Source: Dicyema japonicum
Taxonomy: Eukaryota > Animalia > Dicyemida
Length of the DNA stretch: 64,000 nucleotides
Direction: 5' to 3'
Assembly: GCA_011109175.1 (NCBI GenBank)
Contig: RDEW01000018.1
Coordinates: 617,304 to 681,303, forward strand
Part shown: positions 1 to 12,900 of the stretch, one piece after another
How positions within the stretch are numbered: position 1 is the first letter of the stretch
How the letters are laid out: each line of letters starts with the position of its first letter
Translations under genes and position numbers: made by a program
Notes under the pieces: model-generated
Told to the model about the DNA's origin: nothing
What the model saw: only the letters and a program-made list of their open reading frames with translations
Databases searched by the model: none

Positions 1-1452
<1,452 letters not shown>

Positions 1453-1739
1453 TTTTGTAATTACAAATGGGTTTTTTATTATTAATTACTAAAACCATAT
1501 GTTTGGAATTGCTATTTATATGGTGGTTCACATGCCTGAGAGTGAATTTCTCTAAATGTTTGTATGGGGATGCTGAACCAGATGTGTAGTTCGCTCACTG
1601 CCGGCTATTGTTTTCTTTCACGTTATAATGTCTATAGTTTGGTATTTCTGAGTATGACTATTATTAAACGCTTTCTAACTATTGATCCCTACTATGATGG
1701 CAACGCAGATCAATTGGAAGAGCCTCTATGATTCATGCA

Positions 1740-1900
1740 CGTCATCATGGTTTTTGAGAGTAACTAGACGTCCTATTCTCTTAAGAAAAGACAGTGATTT
1801 TTTAGCTTATGTCTCGACAACAATAGCTGATGCATGAGTATTTCGTTTTTATCTCTTTTAGCCCTCTCAGCGTTTTCTCATAGGCTTCCCGACCAACATC
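1740..1900 (-). mobile_element. Degenerate C-terminal RLE fragment of a CRE-type retrotransposon
   Basis: Broken translation AERAKEIK..AIVVET..SLSFLKRIGRL resembles the end of the element at 37.9-40.5 kb. Confidence 0.5.
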
Positions 1901-2369
1901 GTAACTTTCTAATCATTAACATTAGAATAAGGTAAATATATTTTTGAATAAAAGAACATTTTAAAACTCGAAATGAGGTCGGATTTTCAGTATTTTATAG
2001 ACGGGGAAGAGCTATTTCAGAATATTCTACCTATATTACTGTAGGAATTGCATCAATGACTAATTTTTCTGGAATTTTTAAAAAATCTTTGTTATGAAGA
2101 GGGAACTGAAGACCTGATATTTTCGATAATGCCTGTGTTTATTATACGGACAATCTCCATGTTCCATTACCTCTTACTCACCGTTTCTCATTCCAATTGA
2201 GAATTTATTCAAAACGTGGAAAAACTATTTGTTTCCAAAGGAGGTGTTGAAAACGAGAAAATTAAAAAAAATAAAGTTTGTTTTTATCCTTTAAAAATTT
2301 GTTTTTTACTATTTAAAAATTTAGTGACGCTATTGATCGGGAAAGTTACGCTAATGGTCGGGAAACTCT

Positions 2370-2640
2370 AAATGTCTCAGGATATACAATATTCCAAGTC
2401 TTTTCATCTGTCGCATATATAAGATTATCTCTCAACCATGAGACAAATAACCTGTTTCTTAGGATACTTTTAATGACAATCTTTGACTTAATTATCGTCA
2501 AATGGAAACTAAGTTTTGCAGCACTCGTATCTTCAACTTGAACGGCATCTCATATGAAAATTATGTTACTTTCTGGGTGAATACGTCTTCTCTCTTTGTT
2601 CTGTTAAAAATGTCGCTTCTATAAATGATGAATTAACTTT
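2370..2640 (-). mobile_element. Helitron Pif1-helicase C-terminal remnant
   Basis: Broken translation IEATFLT..EMPFKLK..LSHG..KTWNIVYPE matches the RepHel C-terminal pattern. Confidence 0.6.
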
Positions 2641-2699
2641 TTATTACTGATTGACCACTTGTTCGAAGATCCGACTGTGATCGCATTCTTAAATTCTGA

Positions 2700-2940
2700 T
2701 ATACTGCTTTTTTCAAGTCTTAGAATTTCTTAGTGTGGGTGGCTTCAGGAAATGCTTTTACTCTCTTTGTTACTTCTGTCTGGTGATGTGGAACCAAACC
2801 CCGGTCCTAGATCATCTCCTACGATTATGTTGCTAAATGTGAATGGAATCTGTACAAACACTGGAACCGCGCTACCAGATTGCAAATCTGAAGGCGGATA
2901 AGCACCATTGTATGGTACAAAGCTACTGTAGCAGAAGTGG
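2700..2940 (+). mobile_element. 5' fragment of a Vingi/Ingi-like LINE with canonical 2A motif
   Basis: 2752-2850 reads MLLLSLLLLSGDVEPNPGPRSSPTIMLLNVNGI, i.e. 2A motif followed by first APE endonuclease motif. Confidence 0.8.
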
Positions 2941-2989
2941 TATCACTTTAAAAACATTCCTTGCGTGGTTTCAAGGGAGGAACATCGTG

Positions 2990-3500
2990 CCAAGCTGAAG
3001 TCTCTGTGGGAGCGTGGGAGATAGCGTGATTAGTTAATTTGGCGTTACCGTGGTCTTTGGAATTTTTCATTTCATGCTCATTCGTTGTTCTTTGTATAAC
3101 AATCAAACGCGCACTGGAATCTTCCGGACACCCTACCATAGTGGAACTCACTGGCCCGGACAAGGGGAACAGAAAGCGACCGAATGGAGTAATAATATTT
3201 CTGTTCGAGGAAGGGAAACCATTAGTTTGGGATGCAACATGTGTCAAATCTATATCACGACGGTACTTCCCGCCGAAGAGAGCTAAAGAAAAGAATTATA
3301 GAAGACTCCTCGACCGATATGCCTTCCACGCGATTTCTGTTGAGACAAACGGAGCGATGAGCAGTAAGAAACTCGGACGTATTGCCTCACTCAGAAGCTA
3401 TGTTGACCGTGAAACGAGATGGCTCATCAGTTGGTCTCCATAGTGGTATCAATAAAGTCGGGAAACGCCGCATCAATAAAATCGGCGGGAATAAAATAAT
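2990..3500 (+). mobile_element. CRE-type retrotransposon 3' fragment (RLE domain)
   Basis: IKRALESSG..KRPNG..GKPLVWDATCV..KEKNY..AISVETNG..RETRWL, collinear with 37967-38450. Confidence 0.85.
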
Positions 3501-3539
3501 TAAATTCTAACAGTTATATTTTTTTGTAAAATAATCTTG

Positions 3540-4285
3540 GAAATTGCCTTCTGTAATATTCGTGCATATATTCCATGATCGCCGAGTTAGTTAGGTCTAG
3601 ACTCCTTAGAGCCAACTCTGACGAGTAGTTCAGTTTCAGATAATAGCATTTGCATCATGCGCAGACTGTCTTCATCGACAACGTCTTTCAACACGGTAAG
3701 TAATTTACTCGTGTTGATGCTGTCAAAAGCCTTGCTCATGTCGATTCAAAGGATATGAAAGGATCGTTTGTATTTCTGACATATTGCGTGATCCAGCGAT
3801 GGATCCATACAACATCAGTTGTGGATATTCCAGGCCTGAAACCACTCTGACCGCAAGAAAGATATCGATTGACCGACATTGATATGCGACCTTGAACAAT
3901 AGTCGATAGAGTTTTTCTTAGAGTAGTGACTAGCACAATAGGTCATAAGCTTCCGAAGAGTCCCCGTCTTTTGCCCGGTTTATGAACGGGTATTAATATT
4001 CCGGTCCCGATTGGAAACGGGGGGTGTAATGCAAAAGCCTTGTTCAGTATTTGTGCTAAGAAGCTCGCCAGAATATCGGGAGCGTATTTGAATAATTCCC
4101 CCGGGACTCCATCACATCCTGCAGCTCTGTTGTTGTTCATATGGTGGAATGCTTCTAGAACCTCCGAATGTGTTACTTCGTTTGAAGAGCTCCGCGGATG
4201 CCCAATAAATATGGGTGCATAGGTATCATCTGTTTGGAATTGTTTCTGAAAGTGGTCAGCAATTCGTGAGGCTTTGTCCCCATCA
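3540..4285 (-). mobile_element. RTE-like non-LTR reverse transcriptase fragment
   Basis: NNNRAAGCDGVPGELFK, LIPVHKPGK, QSGFRPGIST, IDMSKAFDSI; interrupted by stops and frameshifts. Confidence 0.85.
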
Positions 4286-5470
4286 TCCAATATTAGGTGT
4301 TCCGATTTGTAGAAGGAATAGCGAATCTCCAGACAGTAGGAATTGAGTTCCTACAGTGGTGTAGGGGCCTATCTTCTTAAGTACAATAGAGGGAATTCCA
4401 TCTGGACCACTTGCGCAAGACGATTTCTGGTTTTGAATTAGCCTTCCGCACAACGTCCATTGAAAGGCTGCTCGAGGTTGCCTCGAGTTTTGGTTTGTTG
4501 AAACTGTGGGAGGACCCACATTTTTCTGGTATATGATGAAGCCACGAATAAAATTTTATAATCTTGTTTAAAAAGTTTTTGTTCTCTAGGTCTTCGCAAG
4601 GATGCGGTCCCAAAGAGTTGGTAGAGCCCCGAAGAGTATTCCACATCCTCGTGAGGGGAGACTGTTTGTTTAAAGTGTACATAAGGTTATTCCAGTCTCT
4701 TTCCTGTTTCACCTTAGCCTTGTATTTGATTTCTCTCCAAGGCTCGGATCCTCTCCCTGGTTTCTCAAGACTGATTCTGCAGGCTTTTTAGGCAATTTCT
4801 TTCTTTCCTTCTTTCCTTCGTAAGTGAGTCGGGTGCGCGGGATGGCTTCTTCGTGAAGTGGATTAGCTTTCTTTTGATAAAAGTCCTCATGCCCTCTCGC
4901 AGTACACAATTGAAGTAGAGTAAAGCGTTATCGAAAGGGTTGAAGCTGTTAGGGTCTAACCATGCTTTAACTAATACTCACTATAAATAATTCTTTTGGC
5001 TTGATTTATTGGAATATCTCACTGTTAAGGTAAATTGAGTCTGTTAGGAAGTTTCTAGGGAGTTATTGCTTTTATTATTCTTTACCAGTAAGCCTAGTGG
5101 TCGGTGTTGAGGTGGTGACTCACTTTATTGCACGAAATGTCTGCTTAGTTTTATGGTGAATGAAAGTCTTTATCTTCTTTCTTCTTAGAGCATAGACGAG
5201 GTGGCCGACTCGGAGGGACATGTAAAAATGAAGTGTTAGATGCACGAAAGATCCGGTTCTTTAGGATCACAAAATTGAAAGAATTTGAGATCATTCTTCA
5301 GAAGCAGATATAGGGTGGTAGTTAATATGATGTTGGTTATAATAATCCTCCTTAATGATTTTAAAGTCATTTTGGGGGATTGATTAATTGGGAGAGTGAT
5401 TTTTGCAGATACTCAACGGAGTGAGAGTATCCTCCTAATCACAATCGCCAAGGTTAATCTTGATGATTTT
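4286..5470 (-). mobile_element. Degenerate Vingi-like LINE fragment (endonuclease, linker, start of RT)
   Basis: MWNTLRG, KSSCASGPDGIPSIVLKKIG and HLNTDH motifs, collinear with the better copies at 34.5-37.3 and 44.1-47.5 kb. Confidence 0.65.
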
Positions 5471-5749
5471 TGAATCACAAGATCGATTCAATAGTAAAAA
5501 CTAAATATTGAAGATTGACTACATTTAGCCCATAACAGTCCCTAACAATGACTTTTACTCTTATTTAGGAAACAGATTACATCAACCTCTACTTTTGCAT
5601 CGATCCCACGTGGTCCCTTACGTAGGATTTGCGCAAAAAATCACTTTTACCTCATTATAAAATCACGTAGTATTTTATAAAATAAATTACTAAATTTATT
5701 AAGTATTATGACAAAGAGAAAACAACCTTATCACTTTATTATATAAAGA

Positions 5750-6556
5750 TTATCGCCTTTCCCTCATACGTTCATATTCCTTACGTAATTTACGCTCATA
5801 AGAGGTCTCCCTTGTACGCTTATGACGATCTTCGCATGATGGGGATCTACTATGATCATAAGTATTACCTCCGTCGTCTTCTCTTTTCCTTTGAAGGAGA
5901 TCTACTCCTTTTGTAAGGATAAGGGCCAATCTCCCTAAGTTTTAACTCAATGTCCTTATGAACAGGGACAGGAATGCGAGGGAATATTGTATCAAACCAG
6001 TCCAGTTTGTTTAACCACTGACGAAGCATCTCCCCAATGGACATTTCACAACCTCCGCCAGCCTTAACATCAATAACCTCATTGTCATTCAAATAGGGTT
6101 CAAACCACCCCCAAATAGTCTTAAGTTGAGTATATCTAATGTAACGACAATAAATACCTCAAATACATGAAACCCATAGCTCTAATATACGGAGAGTCTC
6201 TATGAGTGATAATTCCCTTCAGTTGCCGACCAGTCAACTTCATCATGTGTAGCTTGAGTAAAATACAGAATGAACTAGAGATTACTCCACCACAACCAAC
6301 TCCCCTAACCTTAATCATTACAATATATATACAGCGCCACACATTCCACTTGGTGCTCCTGGATTTCTACTGCCCTTTTCCCATGGCTCCAAATGAGTCA
6401 CTTTATTATATATTTCATCTATTATATCACTGTAGGCGTTTATTTCCACAAGATTGTGTTTAAAATATAACGATGACTGAATGTTGGCCAGAATTAGTGG
6501 ATTTATGTTCATTGACTTGTCATTTCCACAGCAGGAAGAGGTTCATTAGGAGGCAT
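5750..6556 (-). CDS. PRPF38B: Pre-mRNA splicing factor 38B; 3 tiny introns; one apparent 1-nt frameshift near the start
   Basis: GNDKSMNINPLILANIQSSLYFK, HLEPWEKGSR, GMCGAVRGVGCGG, DSPYIRAMGFMYLRY, LDWFDTIFPRIPVPV, RS-rich tail. Confidence 0.93.
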
Positions 6557-6639
6557 CACTACAAATATATACTATTTTTTAAATTTAAATAAATATTATA
6601 TTTATAGACATATTAAATAAGATTTAACTTTTTGTTACC

Positions 6640-7085
6640 CCTCCCCAATTTGAATCATCAAATGAGGGAAAAAGTTGATGGCTCTTTTCGTTCCTTCCGG
6701 AATGGGTGACACCTTTTCGGGTGAGCCACAAGACATCTCGTTAAGCACACATCCAGAAATTAAGCTCCACAAAATCAATTCAATATACCAGAAAACTATA
6801 TTTATGGAGGGTCTCATTCTGGATCAATGGTTAATTCTATACTTGCGGAAGCTACGAATCGTAGTCGCGGAACCGGATTCCTTCGGGTCTGTAAGGAGGA
6901 AGGAAACCCGCATAGCTTGTCCTTTTCCAATGCAAAAGAAAGTCGATTAATTAGGAAGTTCTCCTCCACAATTGGATTCCTCTGCAGGGATGAGATAAGG
7001 CTCTTTCGCACGGTAGTGGGAACAAAAAAAGACCACAGACATTGGATGGCTAATTCGATGCGGGAACTTTACCTAACTTCCTGAT
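6640..7085 (+). mobile_element. Probable LINE C-terminal fragment
   Basis: GFLRVCKEEGNP..A..SRLI aligns with GFMRFRKKQGNP..A..SALI at 16.5 kb (downstream of LINE RT C-terminal motifs); GTKKDH shared with family B repeats. Confidence 0.5.
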
Positions 7086-7129
7086 GTTTTTCTGTCTTTT
7101 TTTCTCAGTGATCATGGGGTTCTAAATAA

Positions 7130-7500
7130 ATAAAGATATCTTTGTAAAACTACAAAAATTCTCCTTGATTATGGGTTTTATTTTAAGAAGCTTGTTTGTG
7201 CACAGATGGTGCTCCGTTTATGGTTGGACAATATGCTGTTGTTGCTACCAAATACGAGCTGAAATAGACAAAAATCATTGCTTGTTTTGGTAAGAAATGT
7301 GTGTAAACAATTTTTTTCATTTATGAAAGTAAAAAAAACTACTCAAAGAAAAATACTCACTAATAAAAATTTATCCAATATAATAAAAGTTGGAACTACA
7401 AAAATAGCTGTACCCGACATATCAAAAATTGTATCCAAAAAGATGTCAATACTCTGAGAGTAGCCAAGATTAAATGGTGGTGATTAAATAATTAAGTTTC
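7130..7500 (+). mobile_element. hAT transposase remnant
   Basis: CTDGAPFMVG motif near 7200. Confidence 0.55.
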
Positions 7501-7579
7501 TCTTATTTTTTTTGTTTTTCATTATAATAAATAAATATTTAAAAAAAATTAATATATCAGAACTAATTCCCTTGATGAG

Positions 7580-7740
7580 GGCCAAGGAAAAGAAATACGT
7601 AGTGCTACGCGACTGATTACCTTATATCCCATTGTTGTTGAGACGACTGGAAGAATAAGTGGGAAATTGCTTCGTTTCATAAATAAGCTTGGACGCCTAG
7701 CAACGTTGGTAATGTCGGCTGGGATCACGTTTGATGGGTT
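7580..7740 (+). mobile_element. CRE-type RLE C-terminal remnant
   Basis: RAKEKKYVVLRD..IPIVVETTGRISGKLLRFINKLGRL. Confidence 0.7.
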
Positions 7741-7986
7741 TTTGTGTTAATTTGTTAAATTCGTTTGTTAGCGATAATAAATCGAATAATAACAAAAACT
7801 TGTTGAAAGAATTATAGATTTTTTTGCCAGTCGTTTTTTCTTTCATAGGTTTAATAGCAAATAATTATTCCTTGACAGTTATATCATGGAAAATTAAACG
7901 GGAAAATACACATAGTTTCGCGATATCAATCGTATCCTTAAAACTCAATCGATTGGGATTGACCAGTTGGCCACCCCGCCCTAACA

Positions 7987-8193
7987 AATGTGAGAACTGA
8001 AAGGCTGCCTATGTGAGAATATTATAGTAATGCTCGTAGAATCAGGGTGTCAGAAGGTGCAAGGTTTAGTGGATGCGATTACACAATGATGGTACTGAAA
8101 ATTTCAGACTAGGGTACTCTAACTCCCAGAGTGACTGCCTATAAGATATCTGTAGCGGTCACAGGGAGTGAGCTCCGTCTGAAAATAGCCTTA
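7987..8193 (+). pseudogene. Disrupted copy of the unknown ORF at 9343-9661
   Basis: Same peptide (NARRIRVSEGARFSG..) with in-frame TGA and TAG and loss of the original stop. Confidence 0.7.
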
Positions 8194-8284
8194 AAAATGA
8201 TTAAATTGTTTTGCAATAAAGCAGTGAGAATAAAAGTAAGTCAATTTGCAAATCTGCGTAACCAAACAAATTTTAAAGAAAATA

Positions 8285-8850
8285 TTAAATTTCTAAGGCA
8301 AAAATATCATCAAAGTCTTGTTGAGTTACTTTGAAAATATCGTTGAGGATGGAAATATCCAACAAAGTAACAATTCCGACAATAGAGATAACCTGATTCA
8401 AGAAATACACACTGCTGTATCTCCTCATTTGGATATGCATAATCAACTCCTCGTACATCTGCAAATTGACCTGCTCAATCCTTTTTGGATCTTTAGGATT
8501 GGTCCCCACTACAAATTTAGTTATGAATGTCAACCATATTCACACATCATCATTCTGTAAATCTGGTTGTAGTCAGCAGATATGAGGGACATGATGTTGA
8601 GGAGATCGAATAGTGCTTCAAGGCGAAGCACAAAATCGTAAGGGAAGTTTTTCCAGTTTTGAAAAATTTGGGAAAAACAAATGATCGGCTGAATAAAAAA
8701 AGATTCAAGAAGCAGTATAGCTGAGAATCTCTTAGCAATGATGTTTTTTTTATCCTCCAAGTCCATGTCCATATCCAAAGTTAGTCCATTTTTCAGTCTT
8801 TTGTGGAAAGAATATTTTATTTTCCTGATTACATCTTCATCTAAGATCAT
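8285..8850 (-). CDS. 179-aa protein resembling a nuclear receptor ligand-binding domain, copy 1 (intron 8509-8534)
   Basis: 26-nt GT-AG intron joins the two track ORFs in frame; pattern LEDKKNII..FSAILLL..SADY..D..RIEQ..L..HI..SILNDIF aligns by eye with NR2-type LBDs. Confidence 0.65.
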
Positions 8851-8990
8851 TATCTATCACACTGAAACGTAGATAGTAATTTATGGTAAAACCTTAACGT
8901 TGGTCAACAATGACGTTATAATGACGTCACAATATTGCCACAACAATTCATTTCATAATTTTAAAAAGTTCATTTCTCTATTTAAAAAAA

Positions 8991-9342
8991 NNNNNNNNNN
9001 NNNNNNNNNNNNNNNNNNNNNNNNNNNNNNNNNNNNNNNNNNNNNNNNNNNNNNNNNNNNNNNNNNNNNNNNNNNNNNNNNNNNNNNNNNNNNNNNNNNN
9101 NNNNNNNNNNNNNNNNNNNNNNNNNNNNNNNNNNNNNNNNNNNNNNNNNNNNNNNNNNNNNNNNNNNNNNNNNNNNNNNNNNNNNNNNNNNNNNNNNNNN
9201 NNNNNNNNNNNNNNNNNNNNNNNNNNNNNNNNNNNNNNNNNNNNNNNNNNNNNNNNNNNNNNNNNNNNNNNNNNNNNNNNNNNNNNNNNNNNNNNNNNNN
9301 NNNNNNNNNNNNNNNNNNNNNNNNNNNNNNNNNNNNNNNNNN
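8991..9342. other. Assembly gap (N run)
   Basis: Run of n; single n also near 11128, 13070, 16766 and 18562. Confidence 1.
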
Positions 9343-9661
9343 NGCGGCAAAAAGGTTGCCATTTGTTTGGAATAACCGGGAGTCCCACAGGAGTCAGTAT
9401 AAAGCCCAATCCTCATTAATATCTTTCTCGCTTAACATCCCTCAAACCAATGTGAGAACTGACAGGCTGTCTATGTGCATGCCACTGTATTCTAGTAACG
9501 CTCGTAGAATCAGGGTGTCGGAGGGTGCAAGATTCAGCGGATGGGATTACACAATGGCGGTGCTAAAAATCTCAGATATGGGTACTCTAACTCCCAGAGT
9601 GACTGACTATAAGATATCTGTAGCGGTCACAGGGGGTGAGCTCCGTCTGAAAATAGCCTGA
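9343..9661 (+). CDS. C-terminal about 105 aa of an unknown protein (5' part in gap)
   Basis: Open frame to TGA; differences from the copy at 8.0-8.2 kb are mostly synonymous third-position changes. Confidence 0.65.
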
Positions 9662-9753
9662 AAAATGCTTAAATTATTTTGCAATAAAGCAGTGAGAATA
9701 AGAGTAAGTCGATTTGCAAATATGCGTCACCGAACAAATTTTTAAAGAAAACA

Positions 9754-10319
9754 TTAAATTTCTAAGGCAAAAATATCATCAAAGTCTTGTTGAGTTACTT
9801 TGAAAATATCGTTGAGGATGGAAATATCCAACAAAGTAACAATTCCGACAATAGAGATAACCTGATTCAGGAAATACACACTGCTGTATCTCCTCATTTG
9901 GATATGCATAATCAACTCCTCATAAATCTGTAAATTGACCTGCTCTATCCTTTTTGGATCTTTAGGGTTGGTCCCCACTGTAAATTTAGTTATGAAAGTG
10001 AACCATATTCACACATCATCATTCTGTAAATCTGGTTGTAGTCAGCAGATATGAGGGACATGATGTTGAGGAGATCAAATATTGCTTCAAGGCGAAGCAC
10101 AAAATCGTAAGGGAAGATTTTCCAGTTTTGAAAAATTTGGGAAAAACAAATTATTGGCAGAATAAAAAAAGATTCAAGAAGCAGCATAGCTGAGAATCTC
10201 TGAGCAATGATGGTTTTTTTATCCTCCAAGTCCATGTCCATATCCAAAGTTAGTCCATTTTTCAGTCTTTTGTGGAAAGAATATTTTATTTCCCTGATTA
10301 CTTCTTCATCTAAGATCAT
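9754..10319 (-). CDS. 179-aa protein resembling a nuclear receptor ligand-binding domain, copy 2 (intron 9978-10003)
   Basis: As copy 1; spliced length 540 nt; phase-1 intron at the position conserved in many nuclear receptor genes. Confidence 0.65.
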
Positions 10320-11129
10320 TATCTATCACATTGAAACGTAGATAGTATTTTATGGTAAAACCTTAACGTTGGTCAACAATGACGTTATAATGACGTCACA
10401 ATATTGCCACAACGATTCATTTCATAATTTTAAAAAGTTCATTTCTTTACTTAAAAATCTATTTACTATATTTTTTTAAATAATATAAAACCGCACATTT
10501 TAATGTTAATCCAATTAATCCAGAAATCCTTAATTTATACTTTTTTCATTAAATTATAATAATCTATATTCCACGAACTCTTAATCACATGAGGGCTATC
10601 TGAGGATTATACGATTCTATTATTTAAAGAATAATCTCATGCAAGGACCTGAATACTTACAGTGCCACTATTGGATGCTTTCAAAGGGAAAGTCAAGAGT
10701 GGACTAGATGGGTTACATAATGATTACCGAATCGCTCTCCAACCATAAGAAACTCACCGCAATGGGCAGGAGTTCGCTATACAAGAGTTATTGGAATTCA
10801 CCTACAAATGTTATTGTGTGAACGACAGGATGATAGTCTCGGGAACTTATTTAGCGATTAAAAAAAATATCTTATTTAGGAAAAATTAAAGAAAATGTCT
10901 GTTCGTTTTTTTTGCCGTGTGTAATTAGTAGGGCAATTTAAGTGCTAAAATGAATTTGGAATAATTATTTTTTAACTTTGTTAAAAAAAACATACATTAT
11001 AAATGCTATAAGTGCTATTTTTAATTTTAAATGCTAATTTTTGTTTAAATGCTAATTTAAATTGCAGTTAATAATGTGTTTACGGATTCCGAAACCTGCA
11101 GGTCCAATCGAAAATTTCAAACCGATCGN

Positions 11130-11600
11130 CACGAGGAACCATGACCGTGGTTTCCTGTGTTTCTGCAAAGTACCAGGATCGTCACTCAAATCTCCCTTAT
11201 TCAGGACCTATTCAAAAACACTCGTAAAAAATGTCTCATCCCATTATACAAACAATCAATCAGGACTACGCTTAATTATGCCTTCCCATGTTGGCCCCAC
11301 ATATCACTCACTATGCTAGGAAAACTACAACAGATGCAGAACTTAGCATTGAGATTTATAAAGGGAGGTCTAAAATCTACTCTTGTGACCACCTACGCTA
11401 GGAGACGAACATTACGTAGAAATGCGAGGCTTACAATATCTCCAACAATCACTTGACCCTAAGAAACCTTATCATTAGTCAACCGCACGAATATCAATAT
11501 AATCTTTACTGGCCTCCAAATAACACTCAGGAAAATCTTATCTCCACCAAAAACTGAACCTAGAATAATGAAAGTGTTCATGTCCACTCGCCATATGGAG
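11130..11600 (+). mobile_element. Vingi-like LINE post-RT fragment
   Basis: LYKQSIRTTLNYAFPCWPHIS..KLQQMQNLALRFIKG. Confidence 0.8.
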
Positions 11601-11639
11601 ACAACAAAATTTTGGGCGCAGACCTCCTGATCAAATTGA

Positions 11640-11980
11640 ACTTCAGTCTGTTATATGCAAGAATGTGTTGGGAGATTGTGAATACTCGACATTCCTTTCA
11701 TTGGATCCTAAAAGGGAACAATTATCCAAGACCAGAAGCATCGTTTTGCTTTGTTCAAGACAGAAACATGTTCTACGGAGATCATGATGGGATGCGTAAT
11801 CATTTTAAAAGTGAAAGAGAACCATGATGTCAAAGGATGCTTCACAAAGATAAGAAGACATAACAAAGTCGCCTAATGTCTACACTTCAATTTTTAGGAG
11901 TTTGGCTTTAAAAAACGAGAGAAAGTTAGAAGCTCTTTTAGTGCAGTTTGTTATGATGAACAGCGTTGAATGAGGGTTAA
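11640..11980 (+). mobile_element. R4/Dong-like RLE retrotransposon fragment
   Basis: WILKGNNYPRPEASFCFVQDRNMF, homologous to EAMYTYMQDRNIF near 56.1 kb. Confidence 0.7.
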
Positions 11981-12099
11981 CATCCTCATCATGACTGACA
12001 TAGTCATTTGGGGTAATCCAGACTTGTTCGTCTTTTATAAAATGAGTAATCAAATACTCTTAGTCCTAGTGGAGATAATATCTCCCGAATCTTCAGCAA

Positions 12100-12320
12100 G
12101 AGGACACTTGTGTAATAATTAGTAGTGGGTTCGATTCCAACCCCGCAACCTACAAGGTCAAGGATTCCGTTCTGGTCTGTGTTTTTATATATTACTAAAA
12201 GCGGCAGTTAATCCACCTACCTCAGGAGATGTCTGACTAACATCTAACTCTTCCCTACTCCACCGGAGGGGTTTTCTCATGGCGGATATGAACCGATGCT
12301 TTGAAAGGATGTATTTAAAG
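12100..12320 (+). mobile_element. tRNA-headed SINE remnant related to family B
   Basis: B-box GGGTTCGATTCC 12127-12138, then ctactccaccggaggggttttc shared with family B. Confidence 0.55.
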
Positions 12321-12353
12321 CAAACCTCAATATTTAAAACTAAAACATTCGTT

Positions 12354-12720
12354 CTATCGAAGCTTATACATCACCATATTTATCTTCTTTTCCAAATAAT
12401 CGTCCCAATCTTTAATTTTCTCCTCATTCGCCTTGATTTCCTGCTCAATATGAGACAAATTAAAATTATTGGACAAATCTTGATTCTCAATGCAACATTG
12501 GGAATAGTTGGCTGATATTTTGTCTATGTATTGCTCCATCTCATTTTCAATTTCAGATATTCTTTCAGAATCGAAAACATTGGCAAAAAAATACTTGAAT
12601 GTATAGCAAAGGGATTCGAACTAAGGGCCATCAGACCTCTTGATGTGTTCTCAATTCAGTTAACCGAGTACTCTGCTGTTCTGCTGATTCTTCTGCCCGA
12701 AATTGTAGTGCATGTGTTAA
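12354..12720 (-). CDS. Partial coiled-coil gene of unknown function
   Basis: Charged heptad-like frame SERISEIENEMEQYIDKIS..EQEIKANEEKIKDWDDYLEKK with a possible upstream exon. Confidence 0.35.
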
Positions 12721-12779
12721 GTGCTTAAGAGACTTAAAATAAGTATTTTATTATTGAATTTGTAAGATAAGTATTTAAA

Positions 12780-12900
12780 TAAATAGCTCACATTAATTTT
12801 AGTTAATAAAGTTTTATTTTCTTAAAAAAAATTTTCGGTCCGCGAACCAATTGCTAATTATTAATTTTGGCCTGCAGACCAAAAAGGTTGAGAACCACTG
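12780..12900. mobile_element. End of a Buster/hAT non-autonomous element
   Basis: Terminal GGTTGAGAACCACTG (12886-12900), closely matching the TIR of the 40.8-43.0 kb element. Confidence 0.7.

Noticed and set aside
5095-5220. CCACCTCAAC / GGCCACCTCG motifs resembling the Ingi Pr77 HDV-like ribozyme
   Set aside because: They fall in endonuclease coding motifs (HLNTDH, HVPP) and lack the required pairings
8922-8929. TGACGTCA CRE/ATF site upstream of the NR-like gene (also 10391-10398)
   Set aside because: An 8-mer present twice only because of the duplication, and it may lie in an upstream exon
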